NCBI GenBank assembly: GCA_007119965.1 | Contig: SKOR01000075.1 | Location: 9,471 to 73,470 of the forward strand | Length of the DNA stretch: 64,000 bases | Direction: 5' to 3' | Source: Syntrophomonadaceae bacterium | GTDB taxonomy: Bacteria > Bacillota > Dethiobacteria > DTU022 | Part shown: one piece after another, positions 1-9,023 of the stretch | How the letters are laid out: every line of letters begins with the position of its first letter | Position numbering within the stretch: position 1 is the first letter of the stretch | Made by a program: the position numbers and the translations under genes | The notes under the pieces: model-generated | The model's input: only the letters and a program-made list of their open reading frames with translations | Told to the model about the DNA's origin: nothing | Databases searched by the model: none

Positions 1-676
1 GGCCGATACGGGCAGGTTATTCATTTTGTTTGCATCGCCCCCCGAAAAGGATCTTGACTGGAGCGATAAGGGTGTCGAAGGCTGCCACCGTTTTTTGCGC
101 CGCACCTGGCGGCTGGTTGCTGAAAGCCTCGAGCAGTTTGCCGAGGGCGAAGGCAGCTTTAAGATAACCGAACATGAAACGACACTGGAGCGCCATGTCC
201 ACGCTGCAATCAAAAAAGTTACCCACGATATCCACGAGCGCTTTAATTTCAACACGGCAATCAGCGCAATTATGGAACTGGTCAATGCAACCTATGCTTA
301 CCGCCAGGCGACAAATGAAATGGGTCAAAACCACGCGGTATTAAGAGACTCCCTTGAAAAAACCATTTTACTGCTGGCGCCGTTTGCCCCGCACCTTGCC
401 GAAGAATCATGGCATCAGATGGGCCACCGGGAAAGCGTCCATAAGCAGGGCTGGCCCGGTTACGATCCGGAAAAACTCGTTGTTGACGAAGTTGAAGTAG
501 TTGTCCAGATTAACGGAAAAGTGCGCGGTAGAATTACCGTGCCCTTCGAATGCACAGAAGAAGAATTGATTGAAAAAGCGCGTGAAGGCGAGAGGATCGG
601 GGAACTGCTGGAAGGCAAGGATGTTGTTAAAATTGTGACCGTGCCCGGTAAGCTTGTAAATATAGTAATCCGCTGA
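1..676 (+). CDS. leuS: Leucyl-tRNA synthetase, C-terminal fragment; 5' end lies outside the window
   Basis: The ORF is open from the window edge. The translation has the LeuRS anticodon-binding / C-terminal region (VVQINGKVRGRITVP...) and ends at TGA 674-676. Confidence 0.8.
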   Translation, partial: ADTGRLFILFASPPEKDLDWSDKGVEGCHRFLRRTWRLVAESLEQFAEGEGSFKITEHETTLERHVHAAIKKVTHDIHERFNFNTAISAIMELVNATYAYRQATNEMGQNHAVLRDSLEKTILLLAPFAPHLAEESWHQMGHRESVHKQGWPGYDPEKLVVDEVEVVVQINGKVRGRITVPFECTEEELIEKAREGERIGELLEGKDVVKIVTVPGKLVNIVIR

Positions 677-995
677 TTGGAGTGGGCGGTTTGGGACTTC
701 ATGAGATTGGGGTTCATTTGCAGAAACTTCCGGCCGGGACATCATCGGAACCCACTGCCTGGTTTTAGGCACCATGAACCAGCATTTCAAAAATTTTCAA
801 CCGGGTCAATGCCGGGGTTTGTCTGATTACCTATCCGCTAAAAACTGCAGCATTCGGCGCCACACCTTTCCATGAAAGCTTAATTGAAGACAAACCGGCA
901 GCCTGTACCTGCTTGTCCGGCCAGGTTTAAGCAAACCGCATCGTGTAAAGTATCTGTAAAACTTAGGCTGAAAGCAATTTTTCGGCCCTTCTTCC

Positions 996-1024
996 TTGAC
1001 AGGTTTATATTCAAATTGTATAAT
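996..1024 (+). promoter_or_regulatory. Sigma-A type promoter: TTGACA, 17-nt spacer, TATAAT
   Basis: Both hexamers are exact consensus with 17-nt spacing (ttgaca 996-1001, tataat 1019-1024), about 135 nt upstream of the Asp23-family gene. Confidence 0.45.
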
Positions 1025-1161
1025 ATAAGAAATCAATTCTAACAATATGTTCACAATCCCCCTGCGTTTTTTGGATATAAGGCAGTAATTTAACTAAACC
1101 AACTATGTGAGTCAGTCGGCATTTTGTGACGACTTTTATAATCTAAAAAGGAGGAAATAGA

Positions 1162-1629
1162 ATGAGTGAAGAAAAAAAAGCAAAAGGTACTGGAATAGAA
1201 GAAGCAGTACTCAAACCTGATCCGTCAAAAGAAGGAGATAGTATACGTATCTCTTCAGAAGTAATTGCTGTAATAACCAGCATTATTTCCAGTGATATTC
1301 CGGGAGTTGCCGGAATGAGTGGTGGAGTAGTAGGCGGCATAGCTGAAAGGCTCGGCCGTAAAGACATGACCAGGGGTATTAAGGTTCAGGTCGATGAGGA
1401 CAAAGTGTCTATTGAACTGAGTATTATAGTCGAATACGGAATCTCAATTGTGGAAACCACTGATAAACTGAAAAAAGAGGTCCGCGGCAATGTGGAGAAA
1501 ACAACCGGCTTAAAAGTTGAAGCCATTAACATTAATGTTCTCGGGATAAACGTACCCGGTGAAGAAGATGAAGATGAAGATGAAGAAAAAACAAAAGCGG
1601 AGAAGCCTGTAGAAGAAAAGAAGAAATAA
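1162..1629 (+). CDS. Asp23/Gls24 family envelope stress protein (alkaline shock protein-like) with an acidic Glu/Asp/Lys-rich C-terminal tail
   Basis: Conserved Asp23 core (EVIAVITSIISSDIPGVAGMSGG...). Strong RBS aaaggagg lies 7 nt upstream of the ATG. Confidence 0.85.
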   Translation: MSEEKKAKGTGIEEAVLKPDPSKEGDSIRISSEVIAVITSIISSDIPGVAGMSGGVVGGIAERLGRKDMTRGIKVQVDEDKVSIELSIIVEYGISIVETTDKLKKEVRGNVEKTTGLKVEAININVLGINVPGEEDEDEDEEKTKAEKPVEEKKK

Positions 1630-1663
1630 CAGCTTATTGACAGGTTAGAATTACTGATCTAAA

Positions 1664-1699
1664 CCCCCGGCGCCCGGAGATGGCGCCGGGGGTTTTTTT
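1664..1699 (+). terminator. Rho-independent terminator
   Basis: cccccggcgcc / ggcgccggggg is an 11-bp GC stem with a 7-nt loop, followed by a 7-T run. Confidence 0.8.
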
Positions 1700-1851
1700 A
1701 TTGGGCAGCAGGAAAAAGACACAGTAAAAGCGAACTAATTAGAGCTTTTATTCTAAGGGTGCGAAAGGTTATAAGTTAACAAAAAGAAGCCTGTCTTCTT
1801 TTTGTTAACTTATTTATCAATTTAAAGAGTAAGTTTCAGGAGGCTGAGTAG

Positions 1852-2448
1852 ATGGAAGGGAAAATAAGCCTGCGGGAAAAAATAATCCTCGGGGTCCTGG
1901 TCCTGCTTTTGATTGGCGGTGGGGCCTGGCGGGCGGTACAGGTTTCCGCACCAGCGCCGGCGCCGGAAATAATCCAGGCCGGCCATTCCGGTTACGGCAC
2001 TGGAGCAGAAAGTGCAGAAGTTCCTGAGCCGGAAATGATTACGGTTCATCTTGTCGGGGCGGTTAACAACCCCGGTGTTCATCACCTGCCGGCCGGCTCG
2101 AGGGTCTATGAACTGCTGGAAGCAGCGGGGGGGTTTAGCAGTGAAGCTGACCGAGAAGCTTTAAACCAGGCCAGGCCCCTGCTTGACGGTGAGCAAATCT
2201 TTATCCCCCGCCTCGGGGAGGCAGGCCAACCTGCTACAGCTTCGGACGCTGCAGGCAAAATTAATATTAACCATGCTTCGGCTTCCGACCTGACTGCATT
2301 ACCCGGTATCGGCGACGTGCGGGCGGCTCAGATTGTTGCACACCGTGATGAACACGGCTTCTTTACCAGTTTAGAGCAAATTATGGATGTCAGCGGGATC
2401 GGCGAGAGTATTTTCAGCAATATCGCCGACCTGGTCACTATTTACTGA
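1852..2448 (+). CDS. comEA: ComEA competence protein (DNA receptor; SLBB plus tandem helix-hairpin-helix domains)
   Basis: N-terminal TM segment, an SLBB-like region (ITVHLVGAVNNPGVHHLPAGSRV) and a C-terminal HhH motif (INHASASDLTALPGIGDVRAAQIV...). Confidence 0.85.
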   Translation: MEGKISLREKIILGVLVLLLIGGGAWRAVQVSAPAPAPEIIQAGHSGYGTGAESAEVPEPEMITVHLVGAVNNPGVHHLPAGSRVYELLEAAGGFSSEADREALNQARPLLDGEQIFIPRLGEAGQPATASDAAGKININHASASDLTALPGIGDVRAAQIVAHRDEHGFFTSLEQIMDVSGIGESIFSNIADLVTIY

Positions 2449-2450
2449 GC

Positions 2451-3698
2451 TTAATCTACCTGCCATGATCTGAGGTACTGATCCTGGGTGCAGGAAAGGG
2501 TGTCGATCGTGATGCCCATCGCTTCGAGCTTGACGGCTGCAGTTTCCCGGTCGTATTTATTTGGCAGGGGGAGTACTTCTTTAGGCAGCTGTTTGCCGCT
2601 GCTGAGCAGGTACTGCATGGCCCCAAACTGCAGAGCAAAAGAGAGATCCATGATCTCGGCCGGGTGGCCGTCTCCCGCCGCCAGGTTTACCAGGCGTCCC
2701 TCTCCGAGCAGGTAGACCCGCCTGCCGTCATCCAGGCGGTATTCGTCAATATTATCGCGGGGCTGCCCTGCGTGCTGTCCCAACCCGGCCAGGGCGGTTT
2801 TGTCTATTTCCACGTCGAAATGTCCCGCGTTGCTTAAAATTGCGCCGTCCTTCAACAGGCCGATATGTTCTGCCGTAATAACTTTACAGCATCCGGTGGT
2901 GGTGACAAAGATATCGCCCAGGGCCGCAGCTTCTTTCATCGGCATGACCCGGAACCCTTCAATTGCTGCTTCAAGGGCATGGACCGGTTCTACCTCGGTA
3001 ACAATAACATTGGCCCCCAGTCCGGTAGCCCGCATCGCTACACCGCGCCCGCACCAGCCGAATCCTGACACAACCACTGTTTTTCCTGCTATGAGCAGGT
3101 TAGTGGTGCGCATGATGCCGTCCCAGACCGATTGGCCCGTTCCATAGCGGTTATCGAAAAGATACTTGCACATGGCGTCGTTAACGGCAATTACCGGAAA
3201 AGCGAGCCTGCCTTCTCTGGCCATCGCCCTCAGGCGGATTAACCCTGTAGTCGTTTCCTCGGCGCCGCCGATAACACCGCTTAGCAGGCTGGGTCGCTCC
3301 CGGTGAAGCATGGTGATCAGATCGCCGCCGTCTTCGATAATTAAATGCGGTCCGGTATCGATGGTTTTGCGGATATGGCTTTTATACTCTGCATCGGTTG
3401 CGCCGTGCCAGGCATATACTTCCATTTCGTCTTCAGCCAGGGCGGCGGCAACAGCATCCTGAGTTGAAAGCGGGTTGCTGCCGGTAATGGCCACCTCGGC
3501 CCCGCACTTCTGAAAAGCCCGGGCCATAAATGCTGTCTTGGCTTCCAGGTGAATGCATATAGCCATTTTTACCCCTTTAAACGGTTTGTTGCCGCTGTAA
3601 CGTTCGATCAACCGGTTCATGACAGGCATATGCCTGCCCGCCCATTCGATCCGCCTCTGCCCCTCAGGGGCTTTTTCAAAGTTTTTAATCTCGCTCAT
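2451..3698 (-). CDS. ahcY: Adenosylhomocysteinase (S-adenosyl-L-homocysteine hydrolase)
   Basis: 415-aa protein with an NAD-binding Rossmann motif (GKTVVVSGFGWCGRGVA) and AhcY signature blocks. Confidence 0.9.
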   Translation of the reverse strand: MSEIKNFEKAPEGQRRIEWAGRHMPVMNRLIERYSGNKPFKGVKMAICIHLEAKTAFMARAFQKCGAEVAITGSNPLSTQDAVAAALAEDEMEVYAWHGATDAEYKSHIRKTIDTGPHLIIEDGGDLITMLHRERPSLLSGVIGGAEETTTGLIRLRAMAREGRLAFPVIAVNDAMCKYLFDNRYGTGQSVWDGIMRTTNLLIAGKTVVVSGFGWCGRGVAMRATGLGANVIVTEVEPVHALEAAIEGFRVMPMKEAAALGDIFVTTTGCCKVITAEHIGLLKDGAILSNAGHFDVEIDKTALAGLGQHAGQPRDNIDEYRLDDGRRVYLLGEGRLVNLAAGDGHPAEIMDLSFALQFGAMQYLLSSGKQLPKEVLPLPNKYDRETAAVKLEAMGITIDTLSCTQDQYLRSWQVD

Positions 3699-3800
3699 TA
3701 ATCATTCCCCCCAATCTCTGCCCGCAATATAGTGAACTATTCTTATCCAGTCGGTCAAAATCCTGTCTGTCCGTAATTTAAAAAGGGATCTGTCTGTTTT

Positions 3801-5165
3801 ATGCAGAATGAAGTTGACTACTTAAAGGTGGTGGGCCGGGTGAGAGCCTCCGATTTGATCTTAAAAAAACGCAGCGGTTCGGCTTTATCCGAAGCAGAGC
3901 TTAATTACCTGATCGACGGCTACGTGCAGGGCGCTGTCCCAGATTACCAGATGTCAGCCATGGCCATGGCTATTTATTTCATGGGGATGACCGAAGAAGA
4001 AGCACTTTTCCTGACCCTGGCGATGGTTAATTCGGGTGATACCATATCATTGGAGGTAATTCCCGGGGCCAGGGCCGATAAACACAGCACCGGCGGCGTA
4101 GGCGATACAACCACCCTTGTTTTAGCTCCCCTGGTCGCAGCAGCAGGCGTTCCTGTGGCTAAACTCTCGGGCCGTGGACTCGGGCATACGGGTGGGACAC
4201 TGGATAAGCTGGAGTCGATTCCGGGCTTTCAGACTGACCTGTCGGCCGCTGAATTGATCGCAGCCGTAAAAAACATTGGCGTGGCTGTGGCGGGGCAGAC
4301 TGCCAACCTCGTGCCGGCCGATAAAATGCTTTACGCCCTGCGCGATGTGACCGCGACAGTGGACAGCATCCCCCTGATTGCCGCCAGTATTATGAGTAAG
4401 AAACTTGCAGCCGGCCCCGGGAGCCTGGTCCTCGATGTTAAATGCGGAAGCGGTGCTTTTTTAAAAGAACTTGAACAGGCTTACAGCCTGGCCCGCCTGA
4501 TGTGTGGTATCGGCAACGGGGCCGGCCTTGAAACGATAGCCCTGATCACCTCTATGGATCAACCGCTCGGCAGGGCTGTCGGCAATGCTTTAGAGGTAGA
4601 AGAAGCAATTTTGACCCTGCGCGGCGAAGGTCCCCCCGACTTAGAAGAGCTCTGCCTGGCCCTGGGCGGCTGGATGCTCTGCCTTTCGAAGAAGGTTTCT
4701 GATCCCGAAGCCGGCAAAGATATTTTAAAAGCATTGATCGCTGATGGCACTGCCCTTGAGAAATTCAGGGAGCTGATTGCGAACCAGCAAGGCAATGCTG
4801 CCGTAACAGAAGATCCCGGGCTGCTCCCCCGGGCTGAAAAGCAAGTCACGGTTAAAGCGGTAAAGGATGGTTTTGTTGTAGGGCTCAAAGCGGAGCAGAT
4901 TGGGAATGCGGTTATGGCCCTGGGTGCGGGAAGGGAAACCAGGGATTCATCAATCGATCCGGCAGCCGGGATTGTCCTGGAGAAGAAAATCGGCGACAGG
5001 GTAAAAAAAGGGGAACCAATTGCAGTAATTCATGCCGGTCATGCATCATCGTCAGAACTGGTCTATTCAGTGGAAAACCAGATCATTTCAGCCTACGAGT
5101 TTGAAGATCGCCCCTGCGGCAAGCAGCAGCTGGTCCTGGGTCTCGTCGACCAGAAGGGAAGGTGA
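3801..5165 (+). CDS. pdp: Pyrimidine-nucleoside (thymidine) phosphorylase
   Basis: Family hallmarks KKRDG-like [30 protein letters not shown] and HSTGGVGD. Confidence 0.85.
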   Translation: MQNEVDYLKVVGRVRASDLILKKRSGSALSEAELNYLIDGYVQGAVPDYQMSAMAMAIYFMGMTEEEALFLTLAMVNSGDTISLEVIPGARADKHSTGGVGDTTTLVLAPLVAAAGVPVAKLSGRGLGHTGGTLDKLESIPGFQTDLSAAELIAAVKNIGVAVAGQTANLVPADKMLYALRDVTATVDSIPLIAASIMSKKLAAGPGSLVLDVKCGSGAFLKELEQAYSLARLMCGIGNGAGLETIALITSMDQPLGRAVGNALEVEEAILTLRGEGPPDLEELCLALGGWMLCLSKKVSDPEAGKDILKALIADGTALEKFRELIANQQGNAAVTEDPGLLPRAEKQVTVKAVKDGFVVGLKAEQIGNAVMALGAGRETRDSSIDPAAGIVLEKKIGDRVKKGEPIAVIHAGHASSSELVYSVENQIISAYEFEDRPCGKQQLVLGLVDQKGR

Positions 5166-5833
5166 AGCGGTTCATGAAGCAGATCAGCAGCTATATCGAT
5201 CACACCCTGCTTAAACCGGAAGCGACCGCCCGGGATATTGTAAAAATCTGCCGTGAGGCGGTTGAGAACAGGTTTTACGCAGTATGTATAAACCCTTCGC
5301 ACGTGAAAACGGCCGCAAAAGAGCTGCAGGGCAGCGGTGTCCTCGTGTGCGCAGTGGTCGGCTTTCCGCTTGGCGCCACAACTTGCGCAGCGAAGGCATT
5401 TGAAACTGCTGAAGCCGTGGAAAACGGAGCTGATGAAATTGATATGGTCATGCATATCGGAGCCCTGAAGAACGGCGATCAAAATTACCTGTTCGATGAT
5501 ATCTCCGGAGTCATCAGGGCAGCCAGAGGGAAGATTGTAAAAGTGATTATTGAAACAGGCCTGCTCAGCAAACAAGAAATAGTACTGGCCTGCCGGCTGG
5601 CTAAAGAAGCGGGCGCCGATTTCGTGAAAACTTCAACCGGTTTCGGTCCCGGCGGGGCCACTGCTTCCGACTTGCGGCTGATGCGGGAAACAGTGGGCCC
5701 CGCCATGGGAATCAAGGCCTCCGGGGGAGTGCGTACTGCGGCTGCAGTATGGCAGATGATCGAGGCCGGCGCCACCAGGATCGGAACCAGTTCCGGATCG
5801 GCCATCGTCAGTGAGCAGCGCGCCGAGAAATAA
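5162..5833 (+). CDS. deoC: Deoxyribose-phosphate aldolase
   Basis: [11 protein letters not shown] motif and the lysine Schiff-base region (FVKTSTGF). Overlaps pdp by 4 nt, indicating an operon. Confidence 0.85.
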   Translation: MKRFMKQISSYIDHTLLKPEATARDIVKICREAVENRFYAVCINPSHVKTAAKELQGSGVLVCAVVGFPLGATTCAAKAFETAEAVENGADEIDMVMHIGALKNGDQNYLFDDISGVIRAARGKIVKVIIETGLLSKQEIVLACRLAKEAGADFVKTSTGFGPGGATASDLRLMRETVGPAMGIKASGGVRTAAAVWQMIEAGATRIGTSSGSAIVSEQRAEK

Positions 5834-6033
5834 ACAGGGCTCCTTTTAATATTTATCCTGGCTGCAAACTCTCGATACCCGGCCCGGGCCCAGGCAGTAC
5901 AGCAGCAATGCTGAATAAACGGGCCGGCGGTCATTTTTTTGACAACAGCCATGAGGTAGTCTAAAATACATATGGACAAAGCATTTTCTTAACCGGTGCA
6001 GAACCGGTATTTTATTTTCCTGGAGGGATTATT

Positions 6034-8775
6034 TTGCGCGGTCGTTTTATATGGTATTTTGCCGGCGCGGTCGTATTGTTTTCATTGGTGCTGACCGGAA
6101 CAAACTTTTACCTTGATTTGCTCTGGTTCACGGAATTGGATGTGGAGCAGGTTTTTTGGACGCAGTACCTCACCCAATGGGGTATGCGGATTGGCGGTTT
6201 TGTTTTTCTCTTTGCTTTCTTTTTTGTCAACCTGATCTTAACAAAGCGCTATGTTCTCAGTTTTCCTAACTTAGCCCTGCGGGAAAGGTTAATGGCTACA
6301 GGCGCCATGCGCTTTTTTACGCCGCGCCGCCTGACTTTTTATTTTCTCGGGATAGCCCTCGTACTGTCTTATATCTTTTCCGGCTATGTCGGGACATTTT
6401 GGATGGAAACCCTGCGTTTCTTTAACCAGGTGCCTTTTAACATCAGCGATCCGATCTTTGGCGCAGATGTTGCTTTCTATGTTTTCGGCCTGCCGTTTTA
6501 CCGTTTTATCTACGGATTTTTGATGATGGCCGTAGTGATATCATTAATGATCGTTGGCGCGATCTACCTGCTGTTAAATGCTCCTGCCCAGGGAAAACAG
6601 GGATGGATGCTCCCTCCTTCCAGTGGAATCAGCCATTTAGCGGTGCTGCTTGCTATGGTTTTCGGCCTGAAAGCCTGGGATTACAGGCTCAGCCAGCTGG
6701 AGCTGGTCCTTTCGCCGAGGGGAGTTGTATATGGTGCCGGTTATACCGATCTAAATGCCAATTACTACGTCCTGATGGTTCTCATGGTTTTAGCTGCGGT
6801 CCTGGCCCTTGTATTTATCGCAAATATATTCCTGCGCCGCTACCGCCTTTTTCTGTACGGTATCCTGGCTTTAATCGGAGTTTCGCTGCTGGGCGGCTGG
6901 GCCTATCCCGCTGCGATCCAGAGCTTTGTGGTTGAGCCGAGCGAGTTTAGCTACGAAGAACCATACCTGGACCATAATATAGAATTTACCCGTGCCGCTT
7001 ACGGCCTCGATCAATTCGGGTCGCGCCAGTATCCGGCTACCCAGCAGCTGGGTTGGGACGATCTGCAGGCAAATGAAGGTACGATTAAGAACGTGCGTCT
7101 CTGGGATTACCGCCCCCTGCTGACTACTTTTAACGAGCTCCAGGCGATCCGCCCTTATTACCGTTTTGAAGACGTTGATATTGACCGTTATACTATCGAT
7201 GGTGAATACCGCCAGGTGATGGTGTCGGCCCGGGAACTGGATAAAAGTCGCCTGGCTGCTCAGGCCCAGACCTGGGTTAACCTGCATCTGCAGTATACTC
7301 ACGGTTACGGGGTTGCAATGAGCCCGGTTAACGAGGTAACCAGTGAAGGGATGCCCCGCTACTTTCTCGGTGACATTCCGCCGAGCGGAAACCTTGAGCT
7401 GGAAAACCCATCGATCTACTTCGGCGAGTTAACCAATGATTATGTGATTATCAATACAGAAACGCCCGAGTTTCATTATGCTACCGCCGGCGATCTAAAC
7501 GAGTTTGTTTTCTACGACGGCGATGCAGGAATCCGGCTGCAATCTTTTTTCCGTCGGGCGATGTTGTCCCTGAGGTTTGCCGAATACAGAATTCTCATCT
7601 CCAACGAGCTTAGCAACGACAGCCGGATTATTTTTGACCGCAACATTCACGAGAGAGTGCGGAAAATTGCCCCCTTCCTTCGCTACGACAGTGATCCTTA
7701 TATCGTGGTCAGTGAGAACCAGCTGTACTGGATTCAGGATGCTTATACCGTGACCGACAGGTACCCCTATTCTGCTCCCTACGATGATATCAATTACATT
7801 CGCAACTCGGTTAAAGTGGTTATCGATGCTTATAACGGGGACGTCAATTTTTACATTTTCGATCCCGACGATCCGCTGGTCCAGACATACAGTCAAATCT
7901 TCCCGGAGTTGTTCAGCCCCAAGGAAGAGATGCCTGAAGACCTGATGGCTAATGTCCGTTACCCGGAAGACCTTTTTGAGGTGCAATCACGGCTGCTGCA
8001 GCTCTACCATATCACCAATGCGAACCAGTTTTACAGCAGGGAAGACCTCTGGGCCATCCCCTTTGAGCAGTCTTTCGGCCAGGAGCAGTTGATGGAACCT
8101 TACTATACCATCCTGCAGCTGCCCGCTTATGACAAACCTGAGTATGTCTTAATCCTGCCCTTTACGCCCGATACAAGAAACAACATGATTGCCTGGATGG
8201 TGGCTCGCTGTGACCAGCCCAACTATGGCGATGTAGAAATATTCAACTTCCCAAGGGAAAGGGTTATCCTCGGCCCGAACCAGATTGAAAACAGGATCGA
8301 TCAGAGCACCGAAATATCGGAGCAGTTTACCCTCTGGGGGCAGGTCGGGTCCCGGGTAATCCGTGGGAACCTGCTGGTCCTGCCCATTAATGATGCCCTG
8401 CTCTACGTGGAACCGATTTTCCTTGAAGCCGATACGGGCGGTTTGCCTGAACTGGCCAGGGTGATTGTAGCTTTTGATGAGACGGTTGTCATGGCCGAAA
8501 CTCTTGATCTTGCCCTGGTGCGTCTCTTCGGAGAGATTGATGAGCTGCCGCCCGAGATTCCAATTGAAGATCTTCCCGATGATTTTGACCTTGACGAACC
8601 TGCCCCCGATGTGGAGGTAGATCTGGAAGCTGAACTTGCCGAGTTAATCCTCCGGGCCCAGGAAGTATACGAAGAAGCGCTGCAGCTGCAGCAGGAAGGC
8701 GACTGGGCCGGTTACGGCGAGAAGGTTCAGGAACTGGAACGTATTCTCGCAGATCTTGCCCGCTTCACTTCCTAG
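6034..8775 (+). CDS. UPF0182 family large membrane protein (TTG start)
   Basis: 913 aa with an N-terminal polytopic TM domain and a large extracytoplasmic domain; the layout is typical of the UPF0182 family of Firmicutes/Actinobacteria. A promoter-like ttgaca-17-taaaat lies about 90 nt upstream. Confidence 0.7.
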   Translation: MRGRFIWYFAGAVVLFSLVLTGTNFYLDLLWFTELDVEQVFWTQYLTQWGMRIGGFVFLFAFFFVNLILTKRYVLSFPNLALRERLMATGAMRFFTPRRLTFYFLGIALVLSYIFSGYVGTFWMETLRFFNQVPFNISDPIFGADVAFYVFGLPFYRFIYGFLMMAVVISLMIVGAIYLLLNAPAQGKQGWMLPPSSGISHLAVLLAMVFGLKAWDYRLSQLELVLSPRGVVYGAGYTDLNANYYVLMVLMVLAAVLALVFIANIFLRRYRLFLYGILALIGVSLLGGWAYPAAIQSFVVEPSEFSYEEPYLDHNIEFTRAAYGLDQFGSRQYPATQQLGWDDLQANEGTIKNVRLWDYRPLLTTFNELQAIRPYYRFEDVDIDRYTIDGEYRQVMVSARELDKSRLAAQAQTWVNLHLQYTHGYGVAMSPVNEVTSEGMPRYFLGDIPPSGNLELENPSIYFGELTNDYVIINTETPEFHYATAGDLNEFVFYDGDAGIRLQSFFRRAMLSLRFAEYRILISNELSNDSRIIFDRNIHERVRKIAPFLRYDSDPYIVVSENQLYWIQDAYTVTDRYPYSAPYDDINYIRNSVKVVIDAYNGDVNFYIFDPDDPLVQTYSQIFPELFSPKEEMPEDLMANVRYPEDLFEVQSRLLQLYHITNANQFYSREDLWAIPFEQSFGQEQLMEPYYTILQLPAYDKPEYVLILPFTPDTRNNMIAWMVARCDQPNYGDVEIFNFPRERVILGPNQIENRIDQSTEISEQFTLWGQVGSRVIRGNLLVLPINDALLYVEPIFLEADTGGLPELARVIVAFDETVVMAETLDLALVRLFGEIDELPPEIPIEDLPDDFDLDEPAPDVEVDLEAELAELILRAQEVYEEALQLQQEGDWAGYGEKVQELERILADLARFTS

Positions 8776-9023
8776 CGCCCTGCCAACGGCGCCTGCCCTG
8801 TTGTTGAAGTAAGGGTATGAAAATAATGCAAGTGCGCTGATCCTTTTAGTGCAGCTTTAACAGAATGTTAAGCAGCCAGTTAAGAATCGTCGCAATACAG
8901 GAGGTTAGAAGTAAGCATTGCTTAGAGCAGTTTATTGCTTTTTCTTTGCGTTCTCTCTAACCTCCAATTTATTATTGCAGTTGAGCGAGCACAAAAAATT
9001 AATTATAAGCAGGAGGCGGCCCG

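Noticed and set aside
1025-1161. Possible sigma-B-type or second promoter and a terminator-like ccccctgcgtttttt in the Asp23 gene 5' UTR
   Set aside because: There is no complementary stem for a terminator, and no convincing GTTTAA-N14-GGGTAT match. Only the consensus sigma-A promoter at 996-1024 is reported.
5860-5940. Palindrome ggcccgggcc and GC-rich segments after deoC, as a possible terminator
   Set aside because: The stem candidates are separated by about 47 nt and followed by only a modest T run. It is too ambiguous to call.
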